From a candidate division FCPU426 bacterium (lineage in GTDB: Bacteria > Oederibacteriota > Muellerivitia > Muellerivitales > Muellerivitaceae): DNA of 64,000 nt. A program made the position numbers and the translations under genes. Below, in pieces: positions 22,039 to 32,644 of the stretch. Every line of letters begins with the position of its first letter. Within the stretch, counting starts at the first letter, position 1. The notes below the pieces were generated by a model, which was not told the origin of the DNA, did not search any database, and saw only the letters and a list, made by a program, of their open reading frames with translations. The stretch is taken from contig CAVYSE010000003.1 in NCBI GenBank assembly GCA_963771075.1, forward strand, positions 64,001 through 128,000, read 5' to 3'.

Positions 22039-24027
22039 TTAATGCCCAGGGGTGCGGATATAAGCGTCGATGATGGACTCCCATCCGTGTTTTTGAGCTA
22101 GGCCGTCGATCACGAAGTGGAATGCCTCTTCGTAGTTCACTCCCGAGTAAATCTTTGGGGCGATGACTTCCTGAAAGAGGTGGGACATCTGGCGGCGCGC
22201 CAGGATGTCGCTCTTTTTGCCAGCCTGTTCCTGGAATTCGAAAAACAACTTTCCTTTTTCTTCCGCCATGGGCGAGGCCAGATTTCTAGGAACCTTCGCC
22301 CTTCCCGGCCGGAGGCGGAAGATCTGAACGGGTTCGCGCGTCGGGTCCAGCAGCACGTAATTCTCTCGGCCCTTCCAGGCGAAAGTTTTTTCGGTGATTA
22401 ATTCCTCGGCCAGGTAGGTCTCGTCCGATCCCAGCCCCAAATTCTCGACCGGAACAGTAACACGGGAAGTTTGGGTTCCGTTCAAGTTGAAGTTGACAGT
22501 GATCAGTAGGTGGTTTTCGCCCTTGGGATCGGATTTCAAAAATGCAAGGACATGTTCGTTGGTGGAAGGGCAGAATTGGATATTGTCGAAATAACGCAAG
22601 GCGAGGTTTTCCTTGCGGATGCGGTTGACCGCGCCGATATAGTCCTTGATATGTCCCGGGCGGTCCCAATCCCAAACCTTATATTCATACTTTTCGGAAT
22701 GGATGTAGGTTTCCGCATTCGGGTTGGCCGCGTTCTCGCACAGTTCATAGGTGCTGTAGATGCCGTAGGCGGGCGCCAGGGTGGCGGCGAGCCCCAGGCG
22801 CATCTTGAAGGCGGGCCGCCCTTCCCTTTGAAGGATCTCGGGCAGAATATCCGGGGTGTTGCAGAAGAAATTCATCCTGAGAAAATCCTTCACGTAGCTG
22901 GACGTCAGCCGGCCCATATACTCGATCATCTCGTTCTTCGTGTTGCGCCAAGTGAAATAGTTGTAGGACTGGGAAAAACCCAGCTTGGCCAGCAGTTCCA
23001 ATCGCTCATAGTAGGTGAAGGCCTCCGAGAGGAAGAACAGGTCCGGGTTTTCTTTTTTCAGTTCCGGGATGACCCAGTGCCAGAAGTCGTCCGGTTTGGT
23101 GTGGGGATTGTCGATCCGGAAGATGGTCACGCCCTGTTGAATCCAGAAGGAAAAAATATTCTTGAGTTCCTTCCACATCGCGTCCTTATCCGGGGGATAA
23201 AAGTTTAGGAAAACCGTGTCTTCATATTTCTTCGGCGGGTTCTCGGCGTATTGGATGCTCCCATCGGGATTGTGGAAAAACCAGTCTGGATGTTCCTTGA
23301 GCCAGGGATGGTCGTAGGAACAGGTGAGGGCCATGTCCATCGCGATGCGGATCCCCATCTTGTCGGCTTTCTTGACGAATTTCCTGAAATCCTCCAGCGT
23401 TCCCAACTCGGGGTGGATCGCGGTGTGTCCCCCCGTCTCGTCCCCTATGGACCAAACGCAACCCGGGTCTCCCGGCCCGGCCCAAAGGGTGTTATTGGGT
23501 CCCTTGCGATTGGTATGACCAATGGGGTGGATAGGCGCCAGGTAGATCACGTCAAAACCCATGCCCTTGATCTCACCCAAACGTTCCTCACAGTCCTTGA
23601 AAGTGCCGCTCTTACCCGGAACCCTTCCTTGGGATCGGGGGAAAAGCTCATACCAGGCGCCGAAGCGGGCGACCTCGGGCTCCACGAAGACCTCCAAAAT
23701 ATGTTCGTACCCTAACGGTTTGCCGGCATGGCCCGAAGAGGCCTCGACGGTGTATTCGTAAATGCCGGTTTTGGGGAACCGGACGGATCCCCGGTACCTT
23801 TTAAGTTTTCCGGGCATATTCAAGGCTTCCAGTGGTTTTGAGTCCCACTTTTTTTCGCCTTTTTTCCTGTAAAGAAGTAAAACCTCGGAGGGGTTCCCAT
23901 CCAATCCGGCCTCCACCTGAAATTCCAGGTTCAATTCCGTTTTGACAGGGTATTTTCCACCGTCCACTTCGGGGTAAATGTGCCGAAAGGCTAAAGGCCC
24001 GGAACTTTTTGGTTTCTTCATGTTCAA
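22039..24027 (-). CDS. glgE: Alpha-1,4-glucan:maltose-1-phosphate maltosyltransferase (GH13_3)
   Basis: WYELFPRS, PIHPIG.TNRKG.NN, YAENPPKKYED, FRIDNPHTKP, FLSEAFT, NTPDIL, SEKYE. Confidence 0.95.
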   Translation of the reverse strand: MNMKKPKSSGPLAFRHIYPEVDGGKYPVKTELNLEFQVEAGLDGNPSEVLLLYRKKGEKKWDSKPLEALNMPGKLKRYRGSVRFPKTGIYEYTVEASSGHAGKPLGYEHILEVFVEPEVARFGAWYELFPRSQGRVPGKSGTFKDCEERLGEIKGMGFDVIYLAPIHPIGHTNRKGPNNTLWAGPGDPGCVWSIGDETGGHTAIHPELGTLEDFRKFVKKADKMGIRIAMDMALTCSYDHPWLKEHPDWFFHNPDGSIQYAENPPKKYEDTVFLNFYPPDKDAMWKELKNIFSFWIQQGVTIFRIDNPHTKPDDFWHWVIPELKKENPDLFFLSEAFTYYERLELLAKLGFSQSYNYFTWRNTKNEMIEYMGRLTSSYVKDFLRMNFFCNTPDILPEILQREGRPAFKMRLGLAATLAPAYGIYSTYELCENAANPNAETYIHSEKYEYKVWDWDRPGHIKDYIGAVNRIRKENLALRYFDNIQFCPSTNEHVLAFLKSDPKGENHLLITVNFNLNGTQTSRVTVPVENLGLGSDETYLAEELITEKTFAWKGRENYVLLDPTREPVQIFRLRPGRAKVPRNLASPMAEEKGKLFFEFQEQAGKKSDILARRQMSHLFQEVIAPKIYSGVNYEEAFHFVIDGLAQKHGWESIIDAYIRTPGH

Positions 24028-24056
24028 CTCCTGAATTTCATTTCAACGCTTTCATT

Positions 24057-25580
24057 TCAGGGAATCTGCCAGCGTGCCTGCAGGTCGGCGGCGGATAGGG
24101 TTTTTCGCGCCAGCAAGGCCGTCTCCAGGGAGTCACGGAAATCGAGATCGGTTTTTTTGCGGGATTTCAACTTTTTCAAGGGCCAATAGCCGCCTTGGCC
24201 CATAACAAGGCGGTCAGTGGTGACAATCGTGTAGGTTTTCTTTTCAACCAAGGGGTCCCCCCCCACCAAGAGGCGAAGTTTAGGTTCGGTCGCGTCCACG
24301 CTTAGGCCGGAGATTTGGAGAAAACCCGGCTGGCCCTTCATTTCCAGCGATTTCTGGATGGCTCCCCGAAGAAGGGACCCTGTCACTTCCACCGTATAAA
24401 CCGTGTCTTCCTCGGGATAAAGGTTGTAAAGGTCTTGGCGCGTGAAAGGCCCTTGCGCCAGGGGTTTGGAGAGGGTCTCCGTGGGCACAAGGGCCACATC
24501 CGCTCCCGCGCCCTCCTTGAGCGAATCCGCCACGATTTGTCCCAAAAGGCAATCACCCTTCGAGGAGAGAGGCGTGGAAACGGTCGCCAGGACCTGGTCC
24601 AAGGGCTTGTCCACCAGGGCCTTCCGATATTGATCCAAAAGGGTTTTCATTTGCGGGTCTTCGGGAATATCGGCGGTGATGGGAATCATTTGGTAACGGT
24701 AATCCACGATGGCGAACTCGGATTTTTTTGTCTTCCGGTCCCTTTTTCCCTCCACCGATAGGTCAAGCCTTCCCAGGTAAAGGCCACGGTTTCCGGTCTG
24801 GACCAAAAGAGGTCCGACCAGATCCCCCCCCTTGGTCTGGTTGGCGAGGGGTTCCTTCAATATTTTGTCTCCGTCACCGCCGATGATGACGTGCAGGAAA
24901 GAATTATCCTTGGCCAGTTTCATGTCCTGGTCCGGTCCCAGGCGGCTCAAAATAATGAATAGGTCCGCGTCCTTCTTGAAGATGGAATGCAGCCCTTTGA
25001 CGGCCGCGTTTCCTTGAATAAAAGACAGGCCCTCAATGTTCTTTTTGCTGGTCAGGTTTTGAATGTCGGGATTGGAGAGCCCGATCAAACCCACCCGGAC
25101 ACCCGAATACTTGAGCTCGTAATCCTTGACGAAGGGTTGGAGGCCCGCGTGCACATTGGCCGACACCCAGGGGATCCTGAATTTTTTCCGGTACTCCAGG
25201 AGGGTCTTTTTACCGTAGGTCAGGTCCCCTTCCCCCACGGCGAGGGCGTCATAACCCATTTTTTGGATAACGGCGCACATGACCTGGCCCCGGGTCATGT
25301 CGGCGAAAGCTGTTCCCGTCAAAAGGTTCCCGCTATCGACCAAAATAACGGAAGCCTCACCCGCTTCCTGGCGGATCTTGTTGATGAGGGTCATTCGGCG
25401 GGCCACCCCGCCCACCGGCTGGGTCGGATCGGAAAGGGGGAGGGAGTCGATCTGCCCGTTCTCGTCGCCGGTGAATAAAAGGGTCAGTTTGGCTTCAACG
25501 GCGTATAGGGAATGGGATTGAAGGTAAAGGGCAAATGCGCAAAGAAGGAGGAGGCTGGGAAATCTCAAGCGTGGAGCCAT
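24057..25580 (-). CDS. Secreted 5'-nucleotidase/metallophosphoesterase-fold protein with degenerate metal ligands
   Basis: Signal peptide; GGVAR, MGYDA, VSANV, YLGRLDL, C-terminal 5'-NT domain (FLQISGL, YTIVT..GGY). Confidence 0.8.
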   Translation of the reverse strand: MAPRLRFPSLLLLCAFALYLQSHSLYAVEAKLTLLFTGDENGQIDSLPLSDPTQPVGGVARRMTLINKIRQEAGEASVILVDSGNLLTGTAFADMTRGQVMCAVIQKMGYDALAVGEGDLTYGKKTLLEYRKKFRIPWVSANVHAGLQPFVKDYELKYSGVRVGLIGLSNPDIQNLTSKKNIEGLSFIQGNAAVKGLHSIFKKDADLFIILSRLGPDQDMKLAKDNSFLHVIIGGDGDKILKEPLANQTKGGDLVGPLLVQTGNRGLYLGRLDLSVEGKRDRKTKKSEFAIVDYRYQMIPITADIPEDPQMKTLLDQYRKALVDKPLDQVLATVSTPLSSKGDCLLGQIVADSLKEGAGADVALVPTETLSKPLAQGPFTRQDLYNLYPEEDTVYTVEVTGSLLRGAIQKSLEMKGQPGFLQISGLSVDATEPKLRLLVGGDPLVEKKTYTIVTTDRLVMGQGGYWPLKKLKSRKKTDLDFRDSLETALLARKTLSAADLQARWQIP

Positions 25581-25583
25581 GGT

Positions 25584-25934
25584 CTAAAATTCGCCGACAG
25601 CATCCTGCTCGGTCTTGAGGATATGAAAGAGGCCCGGTAATTCCAACAGGTCGAAAACCTTGTAAATGTCGGGACTGACGTTGGTGATCTTGATGTCCCC
25701 CCTGTTTTTCCGGACATCCTTGATGACACTCATCAAAACGCCGAAACCGGCGCTGGAAATATAGGTCAGTTTCTTCATGTTCAACACGACCTTGTACTGT
25801 TTCTTCTTGAACAAATCTTGGAGGCACGTCTCAAAATTACCGACCGTGTTGATGTCCAAAACTCCCTCTATATCCACCACAGTCACGGCGGTGTTGGACA
25901 TGGCGGAGTGCGTGGATAGGACCAAACTTTCCAT
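25584..25934 (-). CDS. STAS domain anti-sigma factor antagonist
   Basis: GVLDIN, LNMKKLTYISSAGFGVL (phospho-Ser motif). Confidence 0.92.
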   Translation of the reverse strand: MESLVLSTHSAMSNTAVTVVDIEGVLDINTVGNFETCLQDLFKKKQYKVVLNMKKLTYISSAGFGVLMSVIKDVRKNRGDIKITNVSPDIYKVFDLLELPGLFHILKTEQDAVGEF

Positions 25935-26006
25935 TCAAAATCCTCCCAAAAGGGATAATTCCCTGGAACAAAGGGAACCGGGATCATTCCGGGTTCAACG
26001 ATTATT

Positions 26007-26927
26007 TTAAGGCAAAGCTTCTTCGGAAAGCATCGCCTTGGCAAAAAAACCAGCGTCAAAGGCCACCAAATCTTCCAGACCTTCCCCGACTCCCAAGAAT
26101 CGGATGGGAAGCGATAGGCGGTCGGCCAACGCCAGCACAACCCCGCCCTTTGCGGTTCCATCCAGCTTGGTCAATACCAATCCCGTGAGGGACATACCCT
26201 CGTTAAATTCTTTCGCCTGAGGGATGGCGTTCTGGCCCGTATTGGCGTCCAATACCAGCCACCTCTCCTCCGCCATTCCTGGAACTGCCTTCTGGGTAAC
26301 CCGCGCGATTTTATCCAGTTCTTCCATTAAATTGGAACGGTTGTGGAGACGCCCAGCCGTATCCACTATAAAACAATCCATCCCACGGGAAAGCCCTGAT
26401 TTTAACGCATCAAAAATAACCGAGGCGGGGGAAGCCCCATGGGCTCCCCGAACAAACTCTACTTTAGCACGAGAAGACCATTGCGTCAGCTGTTCTTCCG
26501 CTGCCGCCCGAAAAGTATCCCCCGCTACCAATAGGACCTTCCGGCCTTCGTTCGAGTACTTGGCGGCCAATTTACCCGCCGTGGTGGTCTTCCCCGCCCC
26601 ATTGACCCCGCCTAATAGGATCACGGCCGGCTTGGGCAAAACAAAGGGGTGGTCTTGGTAAGTCAGGCGGTGTTCAACCACTTCAATCAATAATTGTCGG
26701 GCGGAAGGAAGGGTAGAGGGGGGTAAAGAACCGGCTTTCTCCACGATTTCCTGGACTATCGCCTTGGCGGTTTCAGTACCCGTATCGCAAAGAATGAGCT
26801 GTTCCTCTAAACGGGAAAGGGTTTCCCGGCTTAAGGGTTGGGAGGAATGGAGAATCTGGCCCAAGCCGGAGGATAATTGTCGGGCGGTTTTTTTTAGGCC
26901 TTCTTTTAATTTTTCAAATAATCCCAT
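26007..26927 (-). CDS. ftsY: SRP receptor FtsY
   Basis: GVNGAGKTTT, DTFRAAA, DTAGRL, DANTGQNA, TKLDGTAKGG, GVGE. Confidence 0.97.
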   Translation of the reverse strand: MGLFEKLKEGLKKTARQLSSGLGQILHSSQPLSRETLSRLEEQLILCDTGTETAKAIVQEIVEKAGSLPPSTLPSARQLLIEVVEHRLTYQDHPFVLPKPAVILLGGVNGAGKTTTAGKLAAKYSNEGRKVLLVAGDTFRAAAEEQLTQWSSRAKVEFVRGAHGASPASVIFDALKSGLSRGMDCFIVDTAGRLHNRSNLMEELDKIARVTQKAVPGMAEERWLVLDANTGQNAIPQAKEFNEGMSLTGLVLTKLDGTAKGGVVLALADRLSLPIRFLGVGEGLEDLVAFDAGFFAKAMLSEEALP

Positions 26928-26938
26928 CCCCAAACCAC

Positions 26939-28030
26939 CTATCTTTTGGTTAATACCTTTTTCAAAACCTCGGCCACCTTTTCCGGTGCGATCGAATCGC
27001 AAAGGTTATCCCGGGAACGGATCACGAGCGGACGGTGAATCTTCAAGGGCCCCCATTGTCGGGGGTCGCTAGGCCCGAATAAGGCGATCACCCGGGTCAC
27101 CAGGGAGCAGGCGTGGGTCAACCCGCTGTCCCCCGCGATCACCACCGAACACCTTTGGGCCGCGGCCAAGGTCGAGAACAAATCATTCGTGGGTAGGATA
27201 ATGACTCCGGATCGATCCTCAATCGTTTTTTTGAAATTTTCGAGGGCGGATTCCTCACCCTTTCCATGCAAGACCAGCCACTTCAATCCCGGTCGGGCGG
27301 GAAAATAGTTTATCAACTCGGCGAAATGACCCGAATCCCATCGGTTGTCCTTCTTGAGAAGGGTGGGATGGATCCCGATAAGCCGGTCTTTCGGCCCTAA
27401 CCCATGAATCCTCAAAACTTCATCAACTGATTTCCTGGCTTCATTCAAATCCAGCTTGAAAACAAGATTCAGGCCCTGAAATTTGGCGCCGGGATAAAGG
27501 CGGCGGGACAAAAGCATGCTTTTTTGGGATTCATGGAGGAAAAGATCGGGGTTTTCAACTCCCCAATTGAATATTTTGTGGATGATGCCATCCCCCTCGG
27601 CGGAATGGACGAAACCCACCCGGCGGGAGGTTCCCGAGGCCAGGGCCATCAGTCCCGAGGTGGTGGAAAAGGGATAGGAGTGCAGGTCCACGACCGCGTC
27701 AAAGCGCGTGAACAGGATTTTCAGGAAAAGGAAGGTTCGGGAAAAGAAGTTCTTCCGGAAGGTCCAAACGGTAATTTTCGGAAAGAGAAGGCGGGCGATC
27801 GATTCATTGGGTTCACCCGCGACCAAGGTCACCCGGGCGGAAGGTCCCGCCTGTTGGATGAGGGCCACAAGGGCGGGCGCGGACAAAATGAAATCCCCCA
27901 AACGGTCCGGCCTCAGGAGAAGCAGGGACGGGGCGGAAGGCGGGGGTTGTTGACTGTGGGGCAGGCGGACCAGGACGGGCTCTAAAAATAGCCAGAAACC
28001 CTTCTTTGCCATTTTTTCCAGCCGGGACAT
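26939..28030 (-). CDS. GT9 family glycosyltransferase (LPS heptosyltransferase-like)
   Basis: [36 protein letters not shown]. Confidence 0.88.
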   Translation of the reverse strand: MSRLEKMAKKGFWLFLEPVLVRLPHSQQPPPSAPSLLLLRPDRLGDFILSAPALVALIQQAGPSARVTLVAGEPNESIARLLFPKITVWTFRKNFFSRTFLFLKILFTRFDAVVDLHSYPFSTTSGLMALASGTSRRVGFVHSAEGDGIIHKIFNWGVENPDLFLHESQKSMLLSRRLYPGAKFQGLNLVFKLDLNEARKSVDEVLRIHGLGPKDRLIGIHPTLLKKDNRWDSGHFAELINYFPARPGLKWLVLHGKGEESALENFKKTIEDRSGVIILPTNDLFSTLAAAQRCSVVIAGDSGLTHACSLVTRVIALFGPSDPRQWGPLKIHRPLVIRSRDNLCDSIAPEKVAEVLKKVLTKR

Positions 28031-28036
28031 TTCGGT

Positions 28037-31000
28037 TTAACCGACCTTGGATTCCTCGGGCCGGTTTTCCTTGAACTTGGTCGAAAGGATCTTGGAGACG
28101 CCCGACTCCTGCATGGTCACCCCGTACATGATGTCCCCCGTTTCCATGCTGACCTTGTTGTGGGTGATCATGATGAACTGCGTTCGCTTGCTGAATTCCT
28201 TGAGCAGGTGGGTGAACCGGCCCACGTTGACGTCGTCCAGCGGCGCGTCGATCTCGTCCAAGCAGGCAGAAGGGGCTGGGTTTGACCATGAAAAGCGCGA
28301 ACAGAAGCGCGATAGCGGTCAGGGCCTTTTCCCCCCCGGATAGCAGGAAAATGGATTGCAGCCTTTTGCCCGGGGGGACGGGCCACGATCTCAATGCCCG
28401 ATTCCAGCACATCCCCCTCGTCGATCAGGATCAACTCCGCCCGTCCCCCCTCGAAAAGGCGCTGGAAGATGTCCTTGAAATTTTCCTGGACGGTGGCGAA
28501 GGTGGATGTGAAAAGTTCCTTGGAGGTCAGGTTGATCTTGTTGATGGCTTTCTGCAGATCGTCCTTGGCCTTGAGCAGGTCCTCCTGCTGTTCGCGTGAG
28601 GAACTTGTAGCGCTGGGAAAGCTCGTCATATTCCTCCATGGCGACCATGTTCACGAGCCCTAACCGCTCGATCTTGGCGCGCAATTCGATGCACTCGGTC
28701 TCGGCCAAGGCCGCGTCAAAATCCTCCTGGGGGGTGACGGGAGGGTTCTCAATATCGACCTTATATTCCACCTGGAGCTTTTCCTCGTAATTACGGATCT
28801 CCACGTTGATCTGGGCTTCCTGCACCGCCAGGCCGTGCATTTCTTTCTGGATCTCCTCCAGCTTAATCCTGGATTTTTTCACCCTCTCGATGCGTTCCTC
28901 AGTTTCGGCGGCGACGGTTTCACGTTTGGCCATGACCGCATGGACCTTGTCATCCGCCTCTTTTTTGGAGTGGGTGAGGCCACCGGCCTTTTGCTCCAGG
29001 TCGGTCAGATCCAGCGATAACTGGCGGTCTTGGCTCTCCAACTGCTGGTTTTCGTCCTTTTTCAGGGCGACCGAATGGGTCAATTGGTCCTGTTCGGTCT
29101 GGTAACGGTCGGCTTCCTCCTGGGCACGAACGGCCATTTCGTCCATGGCCGCCAGTTCCAATTCCGCCTGGACTACCAACCGGGACAATTCCTCCCGCCG
29201 TCCCTGCAGGTTTTGCAGGGATTTGCGCGCCTCGGAGATTTCTTCCTGGGTCAGGTGGTGGGCTTGTTCGCTTTGGGCCAGGAGCACCGAAAGCTGGTCC
29301 ACCCGGTCCTTATCCGCCTGCCAATGGGCTTCCAGGTCTTGGCGTTCTTTCGCCAGCCCCGTTCGTTCCCCCTCCAGTCGGGCCTTGGTTTCCCCGATAC
29401 GGTGAAGTTCCTTTTCAGTCTCGGCCAAGAGGATCTTCAACTGTTGGTTGCGGCCCTCGGAGGCCAAAAGGGCGTCCTCGGTTTCTTTGCGGACCCTTTT
29501 GGAATCGATGAGCTTTTGCTCAGCCGTTTGGATATCCCCCTCCAGTCCCTTGAGGCGGTCGCTCAACTCGGTCATTTCCCGGTGGCGGCCCAAAAGCGAG
29601 AAGCCCGAAACCGCGGACCCGGCTTTCCAGGAACCCTTGGGCCCCTGGCGGTCGCCGTCCCGGGTCACGAAACGCCGGGTGGGATGCTGTTCGCTCAAAC
29701 GTCCCGCCGCGGACCAATCCTCCACCAGGTGCCCATCCCCCAATAAAAACCGGACCATGGGTTCCATCTCCGGTTTGAATTGGACCGATTCGGGCAGGGG
29801 ACCGACATGGCCCTCCCCCGGAGATAGGGCGACGGCTCCGGCGGGGACGAGGTCTTCCAGCACCAACAAGGAAACCTTACCCTGGCCTTCGGCTTTCAAG
29901 AATTCCACGACCTTGGTGGCGGCAACCCGGTTTTGGACGACGAGGGATTGCAGCTGGCTGCCTAACAGGTTTTCCACCGCCCCTTCCATGGATTGGTCCA
30001 CGGAGAGGAGGTCGGCCACCACACCCAGCACTTCCTGCCACATCAGGGGTTCGTTTTGCTTGGCCTGGAGGACCGCCTTCACGCCCGCGTCATAACCCGT
30101 GAGTTTGTCCTGGAGTTCCTGGAGCACGCCGTAACGGGACCTTACCTCGGAACATTGGTTGTTCAACTGGCGCAAGGATGAGTTGATCTCCTCCAATTGG
30201 GTTTCCTGTTGGGAGAGCGAGGTTTGGTAGCCCATGATCGTCTCGACGGTCTGGATCTCCTCGGCTTGGGCATTTGTCTTCGCGAGATGAAATTCTCCCA
30301 GCATGCGGTCGGAATCCGCCACTCCCGTTTCCACGCGGTTCAATTGGTCCACCAGGTCCTGGATGCGCTTGGAGGTTTCGGCGTCCTGGGAACGGAGCGA
30401 GTCCAGCTCGGCGCGCATTTGGGCGGCCTTGGTCACCAGGTCCACCGCGGCGCTATTCTTGCTTTCCAGGTCCTGGTTTTTGGCGCTCAGATCGCCGTCC
30501 AGGGCGGATAATTTCTCGACCAGTCCGCGTTTTTGGGATTCCCTCTCGGCCTTTTGGCTTTCCTTCGAGGCCACCGCCTGGCGCCGTTCGGCGATCCAGG
30601 TCTTGAGGTTCTCGATACGGGCCAGGGCCTCGGCCACCTGCTGTTGATTGCGGGCTCGTTGGTCGGCCAGCAGATCCTTGTGGCGCTTGGTACCCTCCAT
30701 GCGGCCCTGGGTCAACTCCACCTCGCTGTGGACCTTGTAAGCCTGTTCCCTGGTTTGGGCGAGTTCTTCCTCGATCTCGGCCAGGCGGGAACGCTGCTGT
30801 TTTTCATCCTGTTCCAGGTTGTGGGTCTCGGCCTGGGCCCCCTCCATTTTTCCCCGGACCTGGTTCGTCTTGTGCTCCAGGTCCTTCAATTTGTCCTTGA
30901 GCTTGACGGTCTTGTCCAAATGTAAAAGGATCTGGAGCTTGCCCAGCTCTTCCTTGAACTTTCGGTACTTCTCGGCCTGCTTGGCCTGCCGCTCCAGGGT

Positions 31001-31609
31001 GGAGATCTGACGCTTGATCTCGGCGATGATGTCCGCCACGCGCACAAGGTTTTGCTCGGTGGCGTCCAGTTTCCGCAGGGCCTCGACCTTGCGGGCCTTG
31101 TAGCGGGTGATTCCCGCGGCTTCCTCGAAGAGGGCCCGGCGCTCAAGGGGTTTGGAGGTGACGATCTGGTCCATCTTGCCCTGCTCCATGATGGAGTAGG
31201 CGCCGACCCCCAGGCCCGTTCCCATGAACAATTCCCTGACGTCCTTCAAGCGGGCGATGGCCTTGTTGATCAGGTATTCGGATTCCCCGGAACGGTAGAC
31301 CCGGCGGGTGATGGAGATCTCGTTGAATTCCAGGGGCAGGGCCTTGTCGTCGTTGGAAAGGGTCAGGGTCACTTCCGCCATGCTGGCGGGTTTGCGCTGG
31401 TCCGTGCCGTTGAAAATGACGTCGGTCATTTCGGAAGCCCTCAACCCCTTGGCCGATTGTTCCCCCATCACCCATCGGATGCTGTCCGACACGTTGGTTT
31501 TTCCGCAGCCGTTGGGTCCCACCACCGCCGTGATGCCCGGCTCCAGGATCAATTCGGTCTTATCGGCGAAGGATTTGAAGCCGTGGAGTTCAAGTTTTTT
31601 TAGGAACAA
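28037..31609 (-). CDS. smc: Chromosome segregation protein SMC (3' end broken by several frameshifts)
   Basis: [16 protein letters not shown], coiled coils, hinge; C-terminal motifs spread over ORFs 28168..28629 ([13 protein letters not shown]), 27813..28412 ([17 protein letters not shown]) and 28037..28261 ([15 protein letters not shown]). Confidence 0.95.
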
Positions 31610-31931
31610 TCGGTTTTCTCCGAAAGAATTTTTTAGGTGTGGATCGGTATCGTTGGGACGGAATCAGGTAGGCGAATTTGCCAAAAGGACGAAGTCCAAC
31701 ACGATTGGGCAAAATTTAACATTCCCACAGGTTGTTGTCAAAACCTTTTCCACCCCAAAATGTAGTTGAAATGGGCCTTGGCACCTTCGTTGAGGCCTCA
31801 AGCTGAGACTCAAGATTTGGCTGTACCAACGCAAAATAAATTGTTGGTGTGAAGTAAAACTTAGAGACTATAACAAAACCTAATTTCACCACAGGCCGCC
31901 TTTGGCGGCCACAGAGATGAGGACGTTTCGT

Positions 31932-32423
31932 TCAAGCCCCGAAATCCAAAAGCGAGATGGCCAGGTTGGTCCTGCGCAAACGGGCCGAGAATTGCTGGAT
32001 CAGGGTGGTGAATATCTCATAGCCAATTTCAGGGTTATTCTTGAGAAACTTTTTGAAATCCTCACCCTTTATCACGTGGACAGCGCAATTCCCACAAGCC
32101 TTGATGGTGGCCGAATAGGGGGCCTCGTCAAAAACGCTCATTTCCCCAAACATCGCCCCCCGCCCCAGGTCATTGAGGTATTTAAGCTTTGAATTGGCTT
32201 CCTTACCGGATTTATAAACCTCCGCCCGGCCGTCGATCATGATATGGAGGTTTCCGCCTTCCTGGCCTTCTTTGAGGATGATATCCCCCAGCTTGAAATT
32301 CACGACCTTGCCGAGCTTAAAAAGCAGGGCCAAATGATTGTCCGACAAACCATCAAAGAGGCTGACTTCGCGCAAGAAATCTTTCGTAACGGTTTGTTTC
32401 CGTGTCGCCATAACGCCTCCCAA
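31932..32423 (-). CDS. Stand-alone cyclic nucleotide-binding domain protein
   Basis: LREVSLFDGL, ILKEGQ.G, GAMFGEMS...PYSATIKA; no HTH. Confidence 0.88.
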   Translation of the reverse strand: MGGVMATRKQTVTKDFLREVSLFDGLSDNHLALLFKLGKVVNFKLGDIILKEGQEGGNLHIMIDGRAEVYKSGKEANSKLKYLNDLGRGAMFGEMSVFDEAPYSATIKACGNCAVHVIKGEDFKKFLKNNPEIGYEIFTTLIQQFSARLRRTNLAISLLDFGA

Positions 32424-32465
32424 TGATATAAAGCTTGGGTAAAATTTAAGGATTAATGTACGGTC

Positions 32466-32633
32466 CTAAGGCTCTTTGAGGTTTTCATTTCCCCTTCGGT
32501 GACGGCCATGTAGGGGCTCGGATTCTCTCTCTTTATTCAGCTTCCAAAGCCGGTAGTAGGTTCGGCCCAGGGCGAAAAGCAAACCGGCGATGCCTATCCC
32601 ATAGAAAACAAAGGATAACCGGAAAAGTCCCAC
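32466..32633 (-). CDS. Possible small membrane protein (55 aa), below the ORF-track cutoff
   Basis: GTG start 12 nt after the upstream stop; MGLFRLSFVFYGIGIAGLLFALGRTYYRLWKLNKE.. one TM helix and a charged tail. Confidence 0.4.
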   Translation of the reverse strand: MGLFRLSFVFYGIGIAGLLFALGRTYYRLWKLNKERESEPLHGRHRRGNENLKEP

Positions 32634-32644
32634 CAACCGGCCTT

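Noticed and set aside
28037..28629. smc as a pseudogene or programmed frameshift
   Set aside because: Several indels, some in homopolymers, in an otherwise conserved housekeeping gene, with similar breaks in typA and the TBDR; sequencing error is more parsimonious (needs read check)
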